From: an uncultured delta proteobacterium
GTDB taxonomy: Bacteria > Myxococcota > Kuafuiibacteriia > Kuafuiibacteriales > Kuafuiibacteriaceae
DNA: 64,000 bases
Direction: 5' to 3'
NCBI GenBank assembly: GCA_963803435.1
Contig: CAWDML010000008.1
Span: forward strand, 416,001-480,000
In this document: positions 10,484-19,395 of the stretch, piece by piece
Numbering within the stretch: the first letter of the stretch is position 1
How the letters are laid out: every line of letters starts with the position of its first letter
The notes under the pieces: generated by a model
What the model was told of the DNA's origin: nothing
Seen by the model: the letters and a program-made list of their open reading frames with translations, nothing else
The model's database searches: none
Position numbers and translations under genes: made by a program

Positions 10484-11551
10484 ATGACATCCCGAGCTCT
10501 CTCCTTCACCACCCTCCTGACCCTCGGGCTCGCTTCGACCGCCTACGCCGGCGAAGCAGACGAGAAGGCCGCCGCCCAGATCCTCGACCAGCGGATGAAG
10601 ACCCAGCGCCCCGACGACTATGTGATCCTCAAGTCGGTCGAAGGCAAAGACGTCGTCGTCGTCGCCGGCTCCATGGACCACATCGAACAGGTCCTCACCG
10701 CCGCCCACATTCGGCACACTCTGGTTCAGCCCGCGCAAGTCGCCGGCCTCGACCTCAACGCGAACCAGATCCTGATGATCAACTGCCCCGGAATCATCCC
10801 GCAACCCGGCTTGCGCCGCATCGAAAAGTTCGTCCGCGCGGGCGGCCTCCTCTACACCACCGACTGGTCCCTGGTGAACGTGGTGCAGAAGATCTTCCCC
10901 GGCACCATCGCCCACAACGGCGTCGGCACCGGCGACCACGTCACCCCGGTCCAGGTCGACCAGAAGCACGACGACCTCATGAGCAACATGCTCCTCAAGG
11001 CCGGCCACGAGCCCCAATGGTGGCTCGAGGGCGGCAGCTACCCGATCAAGATCCTGGATCCCAAGAAGGTGGAGGTGCTCGCCTCCAGCGCGGAGATGAA
11101 GAAGCAGTACGGCGCCGCGCCGGTGGTGGTTCGGTTCAAGTGGGACGACGGCGAGGTCATCCACGTGGTGTCGCACTTCTACCGGCAAGTGCAGACGCAG
11201 GGCCCGGCGATCGCGGCCAAGGACGCGATCGACGGCGTCGAGGGGATGAGCAAGGCCGACAAGGAGGCGTTCAAGAAGGGCGAGGGCGCGAACGCGAAGT
11301 TCGGCGACGTCGCTTCGAGCTACGCGTTCCAGCAGATGACCTCGAACCTGGTGGTCGAGAAGCAGAAGGCGAACAAGGATCTCGACAAGAGCTACGCGTA
11401 CACGCCCTCGGCACCGGTGGTCATCGATGGGCGGCGGGCGAGCAAGGGCGACCGCATCAAGGTGCTGGAGCGCAAGGCCGGCAAGGTGCGGGCGCGCGAC
11501 GACCGCGGCAATGAGGCCTGGCTCGACGAGGCGGTGCTGGAAGCGCGGTGA
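10484..11551 (+). CDS. Secreted protein with class I glutamine amidotransferase-like fold and C-terminal SH3-like domain
   Basis: Signal peptide; ILMINCPG...FVRAGGLLYTTDW; C-terminal KGDRIKVLERK...DDRGNEAWL. Confidence 0.6.
   Translation: MTSRALSFTTLLTLGLASTAYAGEADEKAAAQILDQRMKTQRPDDYVILKSVEGKDVVVVAGSMDHIEQVLTAAHIRHTLVQPAQVAGLDLNANQILMINCPGIIPQPGLRRIEKFVRAGGLLYTTDWSLVNVVQKIFPGTIAHNGVGTGDHVTPVQVDQKHDDLMSNMLLKAGHEPQWWLEGGSYPIKILDPKKVEVLASSAEMKKQYGAAPVVVRFKWDDGEVIHVVSHFYRQVQTQGPAIAAKDAIDGVEGMSKADKEAFKKGEGANAKFGDVASSYAFQQMTSNLVVEKQKANKDLDKSYAYTPSAPVVIDGRRASKGDRIKVLERKAGKVRARDDRGNEAWLDEAVLEAR
11027..11331 (+). repeat. Direct repeat, copy 1 (internal to CDS 10484-11551)
   Basis: Near-identical to 13479-13781. 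Confidence 0.9.
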
Positions 11552-11955
11552 TGCGCCGGCTCCTCGGCGCGATCCTGCTGGCGGACTTCGTGTTCGTGGT
11601 CCTGGTCGGGGCCGCCTTCCTGTGGCTCCCGGAGCTCTCGCTTCGAGGGGCGGCGCTCCTCCTCAGCACGCTCCTCTCGCTCGTGGGTCGAGGCGGTCCG
11701 GGGCGGGTCGCGCGGCGCGCGTTCGCAGGGGGCGGTGCGATCGTCACGGCGTCCGCGATCGTCTCTCCCGAGGGCCTCTCGGCGGGGGTCTGGTGCGGGC
11801 TGCTTCTGATGAGCGTGAGCCTGGCGGTCGGGCTCCACGTCATCCTGGTGCTGGGGGTGATGCTGGTGCGTTCCGAGGCGATCGAGCGGGGTGGTGGGGA
11901 GGCGGGATGGCTGTCGATCGCTCCGGCGGGGGGCGTCGGGCTCGTCGAGGGGTGA
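11548..11955 (+). CDS. Hypothetical multi-TM membrane protein
   Basis: Several hydrophobic segments; GTGA overlap. Confidence 0.5.
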   Translation: MMRRLLGAILLADFVFVVLVGAAFLWLPELSLRGAALLLSTLLSLVGRGGPGRVARRAFAGGGAIVTASAIVSPEGLSAGVWCGLLLMSVSLAVGLHVILVLGVMLVRSEAIERGGGEAGWLSIAPAGGVGLVEG

Positions 11956-11965
11956 GCGGCGGGGA

Positions 11966-12241
11966 TCAGTCCTCGATGTCGAGCGCGGCTTCTAGGCGCT
12001 GGACCTTCTGTTCGAGCACGTCCACTCGGCGCGGTAGGAAACCGTTGCTCGTCTCCATCTTGGAGAGGCGTGTGTCGATGCCGCGGGTGATCGCGGAAAG
12101 GATGGAGAGGCGATCGTTGTTGTCGTCGAGGCGTCGGTTGGTGTCGTCGAGTCGCCGGTTGGTCGCCTGGACCTCCTCTTTGGTGCCGCGGATCTCGTCG
12201 CGGATCTCAATGAGGATGTTGGTGGTGAGCTCGTCCGCCAC
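11966..12241 (-). CDS. Small coiled-coil protein
   Basis: GTG start, MADELTTNILIEIRDEIR; tandem TNRRLDD heptads. Confidence 0.6.
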   Translation of the reverse strand: MADELTTNILIEIRDEIRGTKEEVQATNRRLDDTNRRLDDNNDRLSILSAITRGIDTRLSKMETSNGFLPRRVDVLEQKVQRLEAALDIED

Positions 12242-12596
12242 GGTCTCATCTTGATGATCGGGGTTCGGGTCGGTCAAGTCGCGCGGGCCCTGCTTTCGTT
12301 GCGGAGATCCATAGGGCCGATGATTCGAACGGGTCACCTCTCTCGCGGCTGCACGGTCGCTCGCCCTCATCGGCTGCCCAGCCCTCGCGAAGTGATCACT
12401 GGCGAGCGGCCGAAGATCTCGGCTGCCCGCGCAACGAGCTGGATGACGCGGCTCGTGAGTCGACTTTCAGTCGACCAGCCTGAACCCACCGCCTTTAGGC
12501 GGTGGTAACGGAGGCTCAGTTCCGGGTTCGAGATACTGGGCCGGCGCGTACGACGACTGAGCCGAGGGTGGATGATCACCGACCTCACCCACGCGC

Positions 12597-12809
12597 TCAA
12601 CCGGGGGGCGGCCGTACCAGCCGGAGCTCGTTCCTCGCGCCGCACTCGGGGCAGCGCATCACGCGCACGACGACATCGGGCGCGTCCTCCGCGTGGATGT
12701 CTTCGACCTCCAGGTCCGAACGCCCACAGTGCGGACAGGGCACGTCCGCGGCCGGGTCTGCAGCAATCCTCTTTCCTGCTTGGATCCATTTCGTTGTTTC
12801 TTCGCTCAT
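12597..12809 (-). CDS. Small Zn-ribbon protein (CPxCG x2), possible immunity/partner protein
   Basis: CPHCG...CPECG; start overlaps the stop of the upstream fragment. Confidence 0.6.
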   Translation of the reverse strand: MSEETTKWIQAGKRIAADPAADVPCPHCGRSDLEVEDIHAEDAPDVVVRVMRCPECGARNELRLVRPPPG

Positions 12810-13036
12810 TGGACCAACACCCCCGCGGCGCGCTCCGCGAAACTCGCCGCAGCTTTCGTCTCCTTCGTGGCCAGGTCGCGCGAAACGCCGCCGGCTGACG
12901 CGCTCGTGGCAAGTCGATAGAGTTCGTGAAGAACAGTCTTGCCCAGCTCCGCCCCGGACGCGAATGCTTCATGACCGATCAGGAAACCGTTTTCGCCGAA
13001 CATCGTCATCCCGGCAACGTCCGAGCGAGCAGGAAG
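12806..13036 (-). pseudogene. Orphan C-terminal fragment resembling a polymorphic-toxin tip
   Basis: GMTMFGENGFLIG...KTVLHELYRL...ETKAAASFAERA; in-frame stop at 13037-13039 just upstream; resemblance is from recall only. Confidence 0.45.
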
Positions 13037-13040
13037 TCAC

Positions 13041-13388
13041 AAGTCGGACTGCGCCGCGGAGGCTCTCTTCGGTTCTGTCGAAGGCATCGCTGCCGAGATC
13101 ATCGAGAGGGGTCCTATCCCCGCAGCTGCGCCTCCAGTCGCCGCGGCAAAGCAAGGTTACCCGGTTGCCTTCACCTCCGTCCCGACCGGTGCGAGCGTAC
13201 TCGTGGATGACAATCCTGTCTGTACCACCCCTTGTGAGCATTGGATCACCTCGGGAAGACACGAAGTACGAATGCAGAAGCAGGGCCACGTCATGGCGGA
13301 GCGATTCATCACTGTTGACGTCGAAACTCCGCCGGTGACGATGCGGTTACTGGAGGGCAGTCGAAAACCGTTCCGAGCCAAGTGGTAG
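13041..13388 (+). pseudogene. PEGA-domain 3' fragment
   Basis: YPVAFTSVPTGASVLVDDNPVCTTPC...GRHEVRMQKQGH; no start codon upstream of the domain. Confidence 0.55.
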
Positions 13389-13478
13389 CCAGATCTGTGC
13401 GGGCGGCCGCCTAATTCCAGCTCTCCGATCCGAAGCACAATCAACGGCTTGGTGCTCATCGGACCGGTCAACCAGGTA

Positions 13479-13781
13479 GAGGGCGGCAGCTACCCGATCA
13501 AGATCCTGGATCCCAAGAAGGTCGAGGTGCTCGCCTCCAGCGCGGAGATGAAGAAGCAGTACGGCGCCGCGCCGGTGGTCGTTCGGTTCAAGTGGCACGA
13601 CGGCGAAATCATTCACGTGGTGTCGCATCTACCGCCAGGTGCAGACGCACGGCCCGGCGATCGCGGCCAAGGACGCGATCGACGGCGTCGAGGGGATGAG
13701 CAAGGCCGACAAGGAGGCGTTCAAGAAGGGCGAGGGCGCGAACGCGAAGTTCGGCGACATCGCTTCGAGCTACGCGTTCCA
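13479..13781 (+). pseudogene. Direct repeat, copy 2: diverged internal fragment of CDS 10484-11551
   Basis: EGGSYPIKILDPKK...SSYAF re-encoded with several substitutions and a frameshift near 13627. Confidence 0.9.
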
Positions 13782-13791
13782 CGATCTCCAC

Positions 13792-13820
13792 CACGATCAC
13801 GATGACGATCACGATCACGA
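13792..13820. repeat. (CACGAT)n hexamer tandem repeat
   Basis: cacgat cacgat gacgat cacgat cacga, immediately after the duplicated fragment. Confidence 0.75.
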
Positions 13821-14070
13821 GGTTTCGCGAACGCGGATCTTCGAGCGTAGTGCGCTCGCCGATGCTGGTGAAGTCGGTCATCACCGCGAAACAGTGCTGT
13901 GCATTGGGACGTTCTCCTTCCGATCCGCTCCGTCACGTCTGCGTGTAGCAGCCTCTGCATTTGAGCGCTCCTCCAGGTTCGCAGCGTGTCTCGTGACACG
14001 CGCCGGGTGTGACACGGCCGCCGATCCCCCTCGCCCCGTCGTTGGCCTCCTGATTGCTCGACGCCCCCGC

Positions 14071-14598
14071 ATGAAACTCCAGACCGGCATCCGACTCTCG
14101 GGCGCGCTCGCGCTCGCGCTCCTCTCAACTGCGTGTGTCTACACGCCGGAGAGCGGCACGTTCTTCGATCCCGGCGTGAGCAAGGCCTTCGGCGGCCTCG
14201 CCTCTCGTCCGGGCGCCACGATTCAGCTGTACGGCTTCAACAAGAACACCGGCGCCTGGGTGCAGCTCGCCCAGACCACCGCAGGCACCACGCCGCGGGC
14301 GTTCAACGACAATCACACGCACTACTACTGGAACGTCGACTACCGGCTGCAGAATCGAGGCGACTGGCAGTGCTTCCTCTCGCCGAGCTGCAGCATTCCG
14401 GGCGAGGGGACCTACGAGGTTCGCTTCCAGGTGAAGGAGGTCAACGGTACCGCGCCCATCCTGTACACGTTCGATCAAGGCGGGCTCGCCTGCTGGTCGA
14501 CGAACTACAACTCCGGGCAGGACATGTACGCCGCCTACTGGCCGTGCCGCGCTCAGTACTACGACGAGGTCCGGCTGAAGGTCGCGATCATCTGGTAA
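14071..14598 (+). CDS. Hypothetical lipoprotein
   Basis: MKLQTGIRLSGALALALLSTAC lipobox; aromatic-rich mature part. Confidence 0.7.
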   Translation: MKLQTGIRLSGALALALLSTACVYTPESGTFFDPGVSKAFGGLASRPGATIQLYGFNKNTGAWVQLAQTTAGTTPRAFNDNHTHYYWNVDYRLQNRGDWQCFLSPSCSIPGEGTYEVRFQVKEVNGTAPILYTFDQGGLACWSTNYNSGQDMYAAYWPCRAQYYDEVRLKVAIIW

Positions 14599-14621
14599 GA
14601 GGCGCGCGTTGAGCGCTCACG

Positions 14622-14813
14622 TCAGGGAGTGCGCACCGCCCTCCGACTCAGCACCAGCGCCAGCCCGAGCGTGAGCAGCAGGATCGCGTGCTCGGGCTCC
14701 ACCAGGTAGTGGAGCAGGGGATATGCGTCGGTGGTGCCGTGGCCCGGGTGCGCGAGCACGAGGCGCGGCAGCATCGAGAGGACGAACGCGAGGACCATCA
14801 GCAGGATTCTCAT
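14622..14813 (-). CDS. 63-aa membrane peptide resembling the HupE/UreJ N-terminus
   Basis: Signal peptide then AHPGHG...LLHYLVEPEH and one TM; divergent from the hydrogenase operon. Confidence 0.55.
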   Translation of the reverse strand: MRILLMVLAFVLSMLPRLVLAHPGHGTTDAYPLLHYLVEPEHAILLLTLGLALVLSRRAVRTP

Positions 14814-14973
14814 CTTCAGCTCCAGTTGGCCGACTCCTTCAAGTAGAGGGCCACGGTCCATCGCCCCGACCGGCGCGCGCTCCGTCACGGATACGCCATC
14901 GAGTGTTTCGAGGTCCGTCACCGATCTGTGACCCGACACCCGCGTCAACCGGGGCAAGCCGGGCGCGCGCGCT

Positions 14974-14988
14974 TGGCACGACGATTGA
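14974..14988 (+). promoter_or_regulatory. Possible sigma-54 promoter of the hydrogenase operon
   Basis: TGGCACG-N4-TTGA versus consensus TGGCACG-N4-TTGC (mismatch at the -12 C). Confidence 0.3.
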
Positions 14989-15001
14989 GGTATGCCGGCG
15001 A

Positions 15002-16123
15002 ATGAAGCGATCGGGCGGCTGGCTGGAACGTGAGCTGAAGGAGCGCGGCGTCAGGCGGCGCGACTTCATGAAGCTGTGCGGGGCCATCGCAAGCTACTTC
15101 GCGCTGCCGCGGACCGCGTCAGCGGAGATGGCGAAGGCGGTCCTCCACGCCCAGAAGCCCGTGCTCGTGTGGCTCGAGTTCCAGGACTGTGCCGGGAACA
15201 CCGAGTCGTTCCTGAGAGGGAGTCGGCCGAGCGCCGCCGAGGTGATCCTCGACGTGCTCTCCGTCGACTACCACGAGACGATCATGGCGGCCGCCGGTCA
15301 CCACGCCGAAGCCGCGCTGCGGCAGACCGTGGAGCAGAATCGAGGTGGCTACATCGCCATCGTCGAGGGTTCCATCCCGATGGGCGCCAACGGCGCGTAT
15401 TGCACCATCGGAGGACGCTCCGCGATCCAGATCGCGCGCGAGGTCTGTGGGGACGCGGCCGCCACGATCGCCATCGGCACGTGTGCGGCGTTCGGCGGGA
15501 TCCCGGCCGCTGCGCCCAATCCCACCGCCGCCCTCGGCGTCTCGGACGCGGTCCCCGGGCTCGCGAACCTGATCAACCTGCCGGCGTGTCCGGCCAACGT
15601 CGAGAACCTGACCGCGCTGATCGTCTACTACATGACCTTCAAGCGCTGGCCGCCGCTGGACGCGCTCCACCGTCCGATGTTCGCGTACGGCAAGAGCATC
15701 CACGACAACTGCGAGCGACGCGCCCACTTCGACGCCGGCCAGTACGTGGAAGGCTGGGGCGACGAAGGGCACCGCACCGGCTACTGCCTCTACAAGATGG
15801 GCTGTAAGGGCCCGGTCACCTACCAGAACTGTCCGGTGGTGCGGTGGAACGAGGGCACCAACTGGCCGATCGGCTGTGGTCACCCGTGCATCGGATGTGC
15901 AGAGCCGAGCTTCTGGGATCGGATGACGCCGTTCTACGCCCACCTCCCGGGCGTGCCGGGGTTCGGCATGGCCAGCGACATCGACACGGTCGGAATGCTG
16001 GCGACCGCCGGCGTCGCCGTCGGGTTTGGCGTACACGGCTTGATCCAGATCGGGAGACAGAAGCTGGGCCGCCAAGACAAGCCGCCGCCGGCTCAGACGA
16101 ACGGTCCCGGAGGCGAGTCATGA
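15002..16123 (+). CDS. hyaA: [NiFe]-hydrogenase group 1 small subunit
   Basis: Tat motif RRDFMKLC; FeS ligands DCAGNTES, GTCAAFGG, PACP, HDNC, CLYKMGCKGP, HPCIGC; C-terminal TM. Confidence 0.95.
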   Translation: MKRSGGWLERELKERGVRRRDFMKLCGAIASYFALPRTASAEMAKAVLHAQKPVLVWLEFQDCAGNTESFLRGSRPSAAEVILDVLSVDYHETIMAAAGHHAEAALRQTVEQNRGGYIAIVEGSIPMGANGAYCTIGGRSAIQIAREVCGDAAATIAIGTCAAFGGIPAAAPNPTAALGVSDAVPGLANLINLPACPANVENLTALIVYYMTFKRWPPLDALHRPMFAYGKSIHDNCERRAHFDAGQYVEGWGDEGHRTGYCLYKMGCKGPVTYQNCPVVRWNEGTNWPIGCGHPCIGCAEPSFWDRMTPFYAHLPGVPGFGMASDIDTVGMLATAGVAVGFGVHGLIQIGRQKLGRQDKPPPAQTNGPGGES

Positions 16124-17826
16124 GTCACGTCGTCATCGATCCGGTGACCCGCATCGAGGGCCACCTCCGAATCGAGGCCGAGATCGAGAACGGCGCCGTC
16201 TCCGACGCTTGGTCGTCCTCGACGATGTTCCGCGGGATCGAGCTGATCCTGAAGGGACGCGATCCGCGGGATGCATGGGTCTTCGCCCAGCGGATCTGCG
16301 GGGTGTGCACCACCGTGCACGCGATCGCCTCCATCCGCGCCGTCGAGAGCGCAGTCGGTGCCAAGCCGCCGCCCAACGCGCGGCTGCTCCGCAACCTGAT
16401 CATGGCCGCCCAGATGGTGCAGGACCACGTCATCCACTTCTATCACCTGCACGCGCTCGATTGGGTCGATGTGGTGTCCGCGCTCTCCGCGGATCCGAAG
16501 CAGACCTCGATCCTCGCCGAGTCGATCTCCGACTGGCCGCTCTCGAGCACCAAGTACTTCACCGGCGTGAAGGAGAAGCTGAAGACGTTCGTCGATCGGG
16601 GGCAGCTCGGTCCCTTCGCGAACGCGTACTGGGGACACCCGGCCTACCGCCTCCCTCCAGAGGCGAACCTGATGGCCGTCTCTCACTACCTCCAGGCGCT
16701 CGAGTGGCAGCGCGAGTTCATCAAGATGCACGCCGTCCTCGGTGGCAAGAACCCGCACCTCCAGAGCTTCCTGGTCGGCGGTATGGCGACCCCGGTGGAT
16801 CCGAACCAGCAGGCGTCCATCAACATGGGCACCATCGCGCAGCTCCAGAAGCTGATCGCCAAGGCTCAGGACTTCGTCACGAAGGTGTACATCCCCGACC
16901 TGTTGGCGATCGCCGGCTACTACAAGGACTGGGCCGGGATAGGCGTAGGCATCGGCAACTATCTCGTCTACGGCGAGTATCCCGAAGACGATGGCGAAGT
17001 CCCAGCGCTCTACCTCCCCGGGGGCGTCATCCACGGGCGCGATCTCTCGAAGCTCGAGGACTTCGATCAGCAGAAGGTCAGCGAGTACATCGCTCACTCC
17101 TGGTACGCGTACGACGGCGGCAACGGCGCGTCGCTCCACCCGTGGAAGGGCGAGACGCAGCCGACGTACACCGGGCCGGAGCCGCCCTTCGAGCGGCTCG
17201 ACACCGATCGAAAGTACAGCTGGCTCAAGTCCCCCCGCTATGCGGACGAGCCCATGGAGGTGGGGCCCCTGGCGCGGATGCTGGTGGCCTATGTGCGCGG
17301 CCACGCGCGGGTCAAGGCGCTGGTGGACACGGTCCTGAAAGCCCTCGACGCGCCGCCAACTGCGCTGTTCTCGACGCTCGGTCGAGTGGCGGCCCGCGGC
17401 ATCGAGACCCAGATCCTCGGCGAGAAGCTGAGCGACTGGGTCGGCCAGCTCGCCACCAACATGGATCGCGGCGACCTCCGGATCCACGACAGCACCAAGT
17501 GGGATCCCAAGACCTGGCCGAAGGACGCCTTCGGCGCCGGTTTCCACGAGGCGCCCCGCGGCGCGCTCGGACACTGGGTGCACATCAAGGACGGCCTCAT
17601 CGCCAACTATCAGTGCGTGGTGCCGAGCACCTGGAACGCTGGACCGCGAGACGCCGCCGGCCGGCTGGGACCGTACGAGGCGGCGCTGCTCGGCACTCCG
17701 GTGCAGGACCCCGAGCAGCCGCTCGAGCTCCTCCGTACCGTGCACTCGTTCGACCCGTGCATGGCGTGTGGCGTCCACGTCCTCGATGCGACCGGACGGG
17801 AGATCGCCTGCGTGAGGACGTCATGA
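16120..17826 (+). CDS. hyaB: [NiFe]-hydrogenase group 1 large subunit
   Basis: DPVTRIEGH; L1 RICGVC; L2 SFDPCMACGVH followed by a cleavable extension. Confidence 0.97.
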   Translation: MSHVVIDPVTRIEGHLRIEAEIENGAVSDAWSSSTMFRGIELILKGRDPRDAWVFAQRICGVCTTVHAIASIRAVESAVGAKPPPNARLLRNLIMAAQMVQDHVIHFYHLHALDWVDVVSALSADPKQTSILAESISDWPLSSTKYFTGVKEKLKTFVDRGQLGPFANAYWGHPAYRLPPEANLMAVSHYLQALEWQREFIKMHAVLGGKNPHLQSFLVGGMATPVDPNQQASINMGTIAQLQKLIAKAQDFVTKVYIPDLLAIAGYYKDWAGIGVGIGNYLVYGEYPEDDGEVPALYLPGGVIHGRDLSKLEDFDQQKVSEYIAHSWYAYDGGNGASLHPWKGETQPTYTGPEPPFERLDTDRKYSWLKSPRYADEPMEVGPLARMLVAYVRGHARVKALVDTVLKALDAPPTALFSTLGRVAARGIETQILGEKLSDWVGQLATNMDRGDLRIHDSTKWDPKTWPKDAFGAGFHEAPRGALGHWVHIKDGLIANYQCVVPSTWNAGPRDAAGRLGPYEAALLGTPVQDPEQPLELLRTVHSFDPCMACGVHVLDATGREIACVRTS

Positions 17827-18575
17827 TCATCCCAACCAATAGGATCGAACACGAGCCGGTGATGCCCCTCGCCGTGCCCGAGAGGATCGCCGGCCCGGGC
17901 GCCGCGCCGAGCGGGAGCGACCGGCTCTACGTCTGGGACGTGCTGGTCCGCGTTCTCCACTGGGTGATCGCGCTCTCGATCGTCCTCTTGGCGTCGACCG
18001 GCATCTATCTCGGTCACCCGTTCCTGATCGTCCCCGGGGAGGCCGGACGGCACTTCGTCATGGGCACCGTCAAGGTGATCCACTTCTACGTCGCCATCGC
18101 TTTCACGCTGGCGGTGCTGGCGCGGATCGTCTGGATGTTCCTCGGCTCCAAGAACGCCCGCTGGACCAGCTTCATCCCCACCACCCGGAAGCGCTGGGCG
18201 GATTTCATCGGGACGCTGAAGTTCTACCTGTTCATCCACAAGACGCCGCCGGAATGCGAGGGTCACAACCCGCTCGCCGGGGCTGCCTACACTGCCATCT
18301 TCGGCCTGTACCTGGTCATGATCCTCACTGGGCTCGGCCTCTACGCGGCGGACGCCACCGTCGGGACGCTGGTCCATCACCTCACTTTCCTGCTGGCGCC
18401 GTTCGGCGGTCCCCAGAGTGCGCGCTGGGTGCACCACGTGGTGATGTGGTTGCTGCTCGGCTTCACGGTGCATCACGTCTACAGCGCGGTGCTGGTCTCG
18501 CTGGTCGAGAAGAACGGCACCGTCGACTCGATCTTCTCCGGCTACAAGTGGTTCCGGCGACGGGAGCGGCCATGA
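17823..18575 (+). CDS. hyaC: Ni/Fe-hydrogenase b-type cytochrome subunit
   Basis: YVWDVLVRVLHW, GHNPLA, RWVHH; four TMs. Confidence 0.93.
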   Translation: MIIPTNRIEHEPVMPLAVPERIAGPGAAPSGSDRLYVWDVLVRVLHWVIALSIVLLASTGIYLGHPFLIVPGEAGRHFVMGTVKVIHFYVAIAFTLAVLARIVWMFLGSKNARWTSFIPTTRKRWADFIGTLKFYLFIHKTPPECEGHNPLAGAAYTAIFGLYLVMILTGLGLYAADATVGTLVHHLTFLLAPFGGPQSARWVHHVVMWLLLGFTVHHVYSAVLVSLVEKNGTVDSIFSGYKWFRRRERP

Positions 18576-19117
18576 TCCCGGATCTCAGCGGCGAACCCAT
18601 TCCGCTCCTGATCGTCGGCCTCGGCAACGTGCTCCTCGGTGACGACGGGCTGGGGGTGGTGGCGGTCGACGAGCTGGTCGCGCGGTTCGATCTCCCGGAC
18701 GAGGTCCGCGTGATCGACGGCGGCACGCTCGGTCTGTCGCTGCTGCCGCTGCTGCAGAGCGCCCGCCGGGTCATCCTGGTGGACGCGATCGCGGCGGACG
18801 CCGAGGCCGGGAGCCTGGTGCGGCTCGTCGGCGAGGACGTCTCGCACGCGGCGGCGCACCGGCTCTCACCGCATCAGGTGGGCGTGGCCGACCTCCTCGA
18901 CGGGCTGCGGCTGCTCGGCGGGCTCCCCGAGGAGATCGTCCTCATCGGGCTGGTTCCGATGTCGATCGAGCTCGACCTGAAGCGGAGCCTTCCGGTTCGC
19001 GATCAGATGGACCGGCTGGTGGACGCGGTGGCGGCCGAGACCCGGGCGATGGGCTGGGACCTGCGACCTCGGCTTCGAGTGTCCCGCCCGGAGCGCGGAA
19101 GAATGGGAGTCCTCTGA
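18572..19117 (+). CDS. hyaD: Hydrogenase maturation protease
   Basis: GLGNVLLGDDGLG, DGGT, VDA, SPHQ. Confidence 0.93.
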   Translation: MIPDLSGEPIPLLIVGLGNVLLGDDGLGVVAVDELVARFDLPDEVRVIDGGTLGLSLLPLLQSARRVILVDAIAADAEAGSLVRLVGEDVSHAAAHRLSPHQVGVADLLDGLRLLGGLPEEIVLIGLVPMSIELDLKRSLPVRDQMDRLVDAVAAETRAMGWDLRPRLRVSRPERGRMGVL

Positions 19118-19395
19118 TGTGTCTCGGAGTTCCCGGCAAGGTTATCGAGCTGAATGACGACGTCGCGGTGGTCGACTTCTGGGGCGTCAAGAAGCTGGTT
19201 CGTCTCGACATCGTCGACGAGCCCGTCGCACCGGGCGATTACATCCTCAACCACGTCGGCTTCGCGATCCGACGGATCCCCGCGGCGGAGGTCGCCGAGA
19301 CGCTGGCGCTCTACGAGGAGCTGCTCGAGGCGAGCGACAAGGACCTGATGGCGCAGGACGTCCGGGGCGAGCTCGACGCGACGGAGAAGCGGTGA
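19117..19395 (+). CDS. hypC: Hydrogenase chaperone HypC/HybG
   Basis: MCLGVPGKV; GDYILNHVGFA. Confidence 0.95.
   Translation: MCLGVPGKVIELNDDVAVVDFWGVKKLVRLDIVDEPVAPGDYILNHVGFAIRRIPAAEVAETLALYEELLEASDKDLMAQDVRGELDATEKR

Noticed and set aside
13639-14070. His/Asp-rich N-terminal extension (HDLHHDHDDDHDH) suggesting a nickel-binding protein near the hydrogenase
   Set aside because: It is translation of the CACGAT repeat fused to the duplicated fragment; the real lipoprotein starts at 14071
17740-17780. [NiFeSe] hydrogenase
   Set aside because: The L2 motif has Cys codons (DPCMAC) and no in-frame TGA
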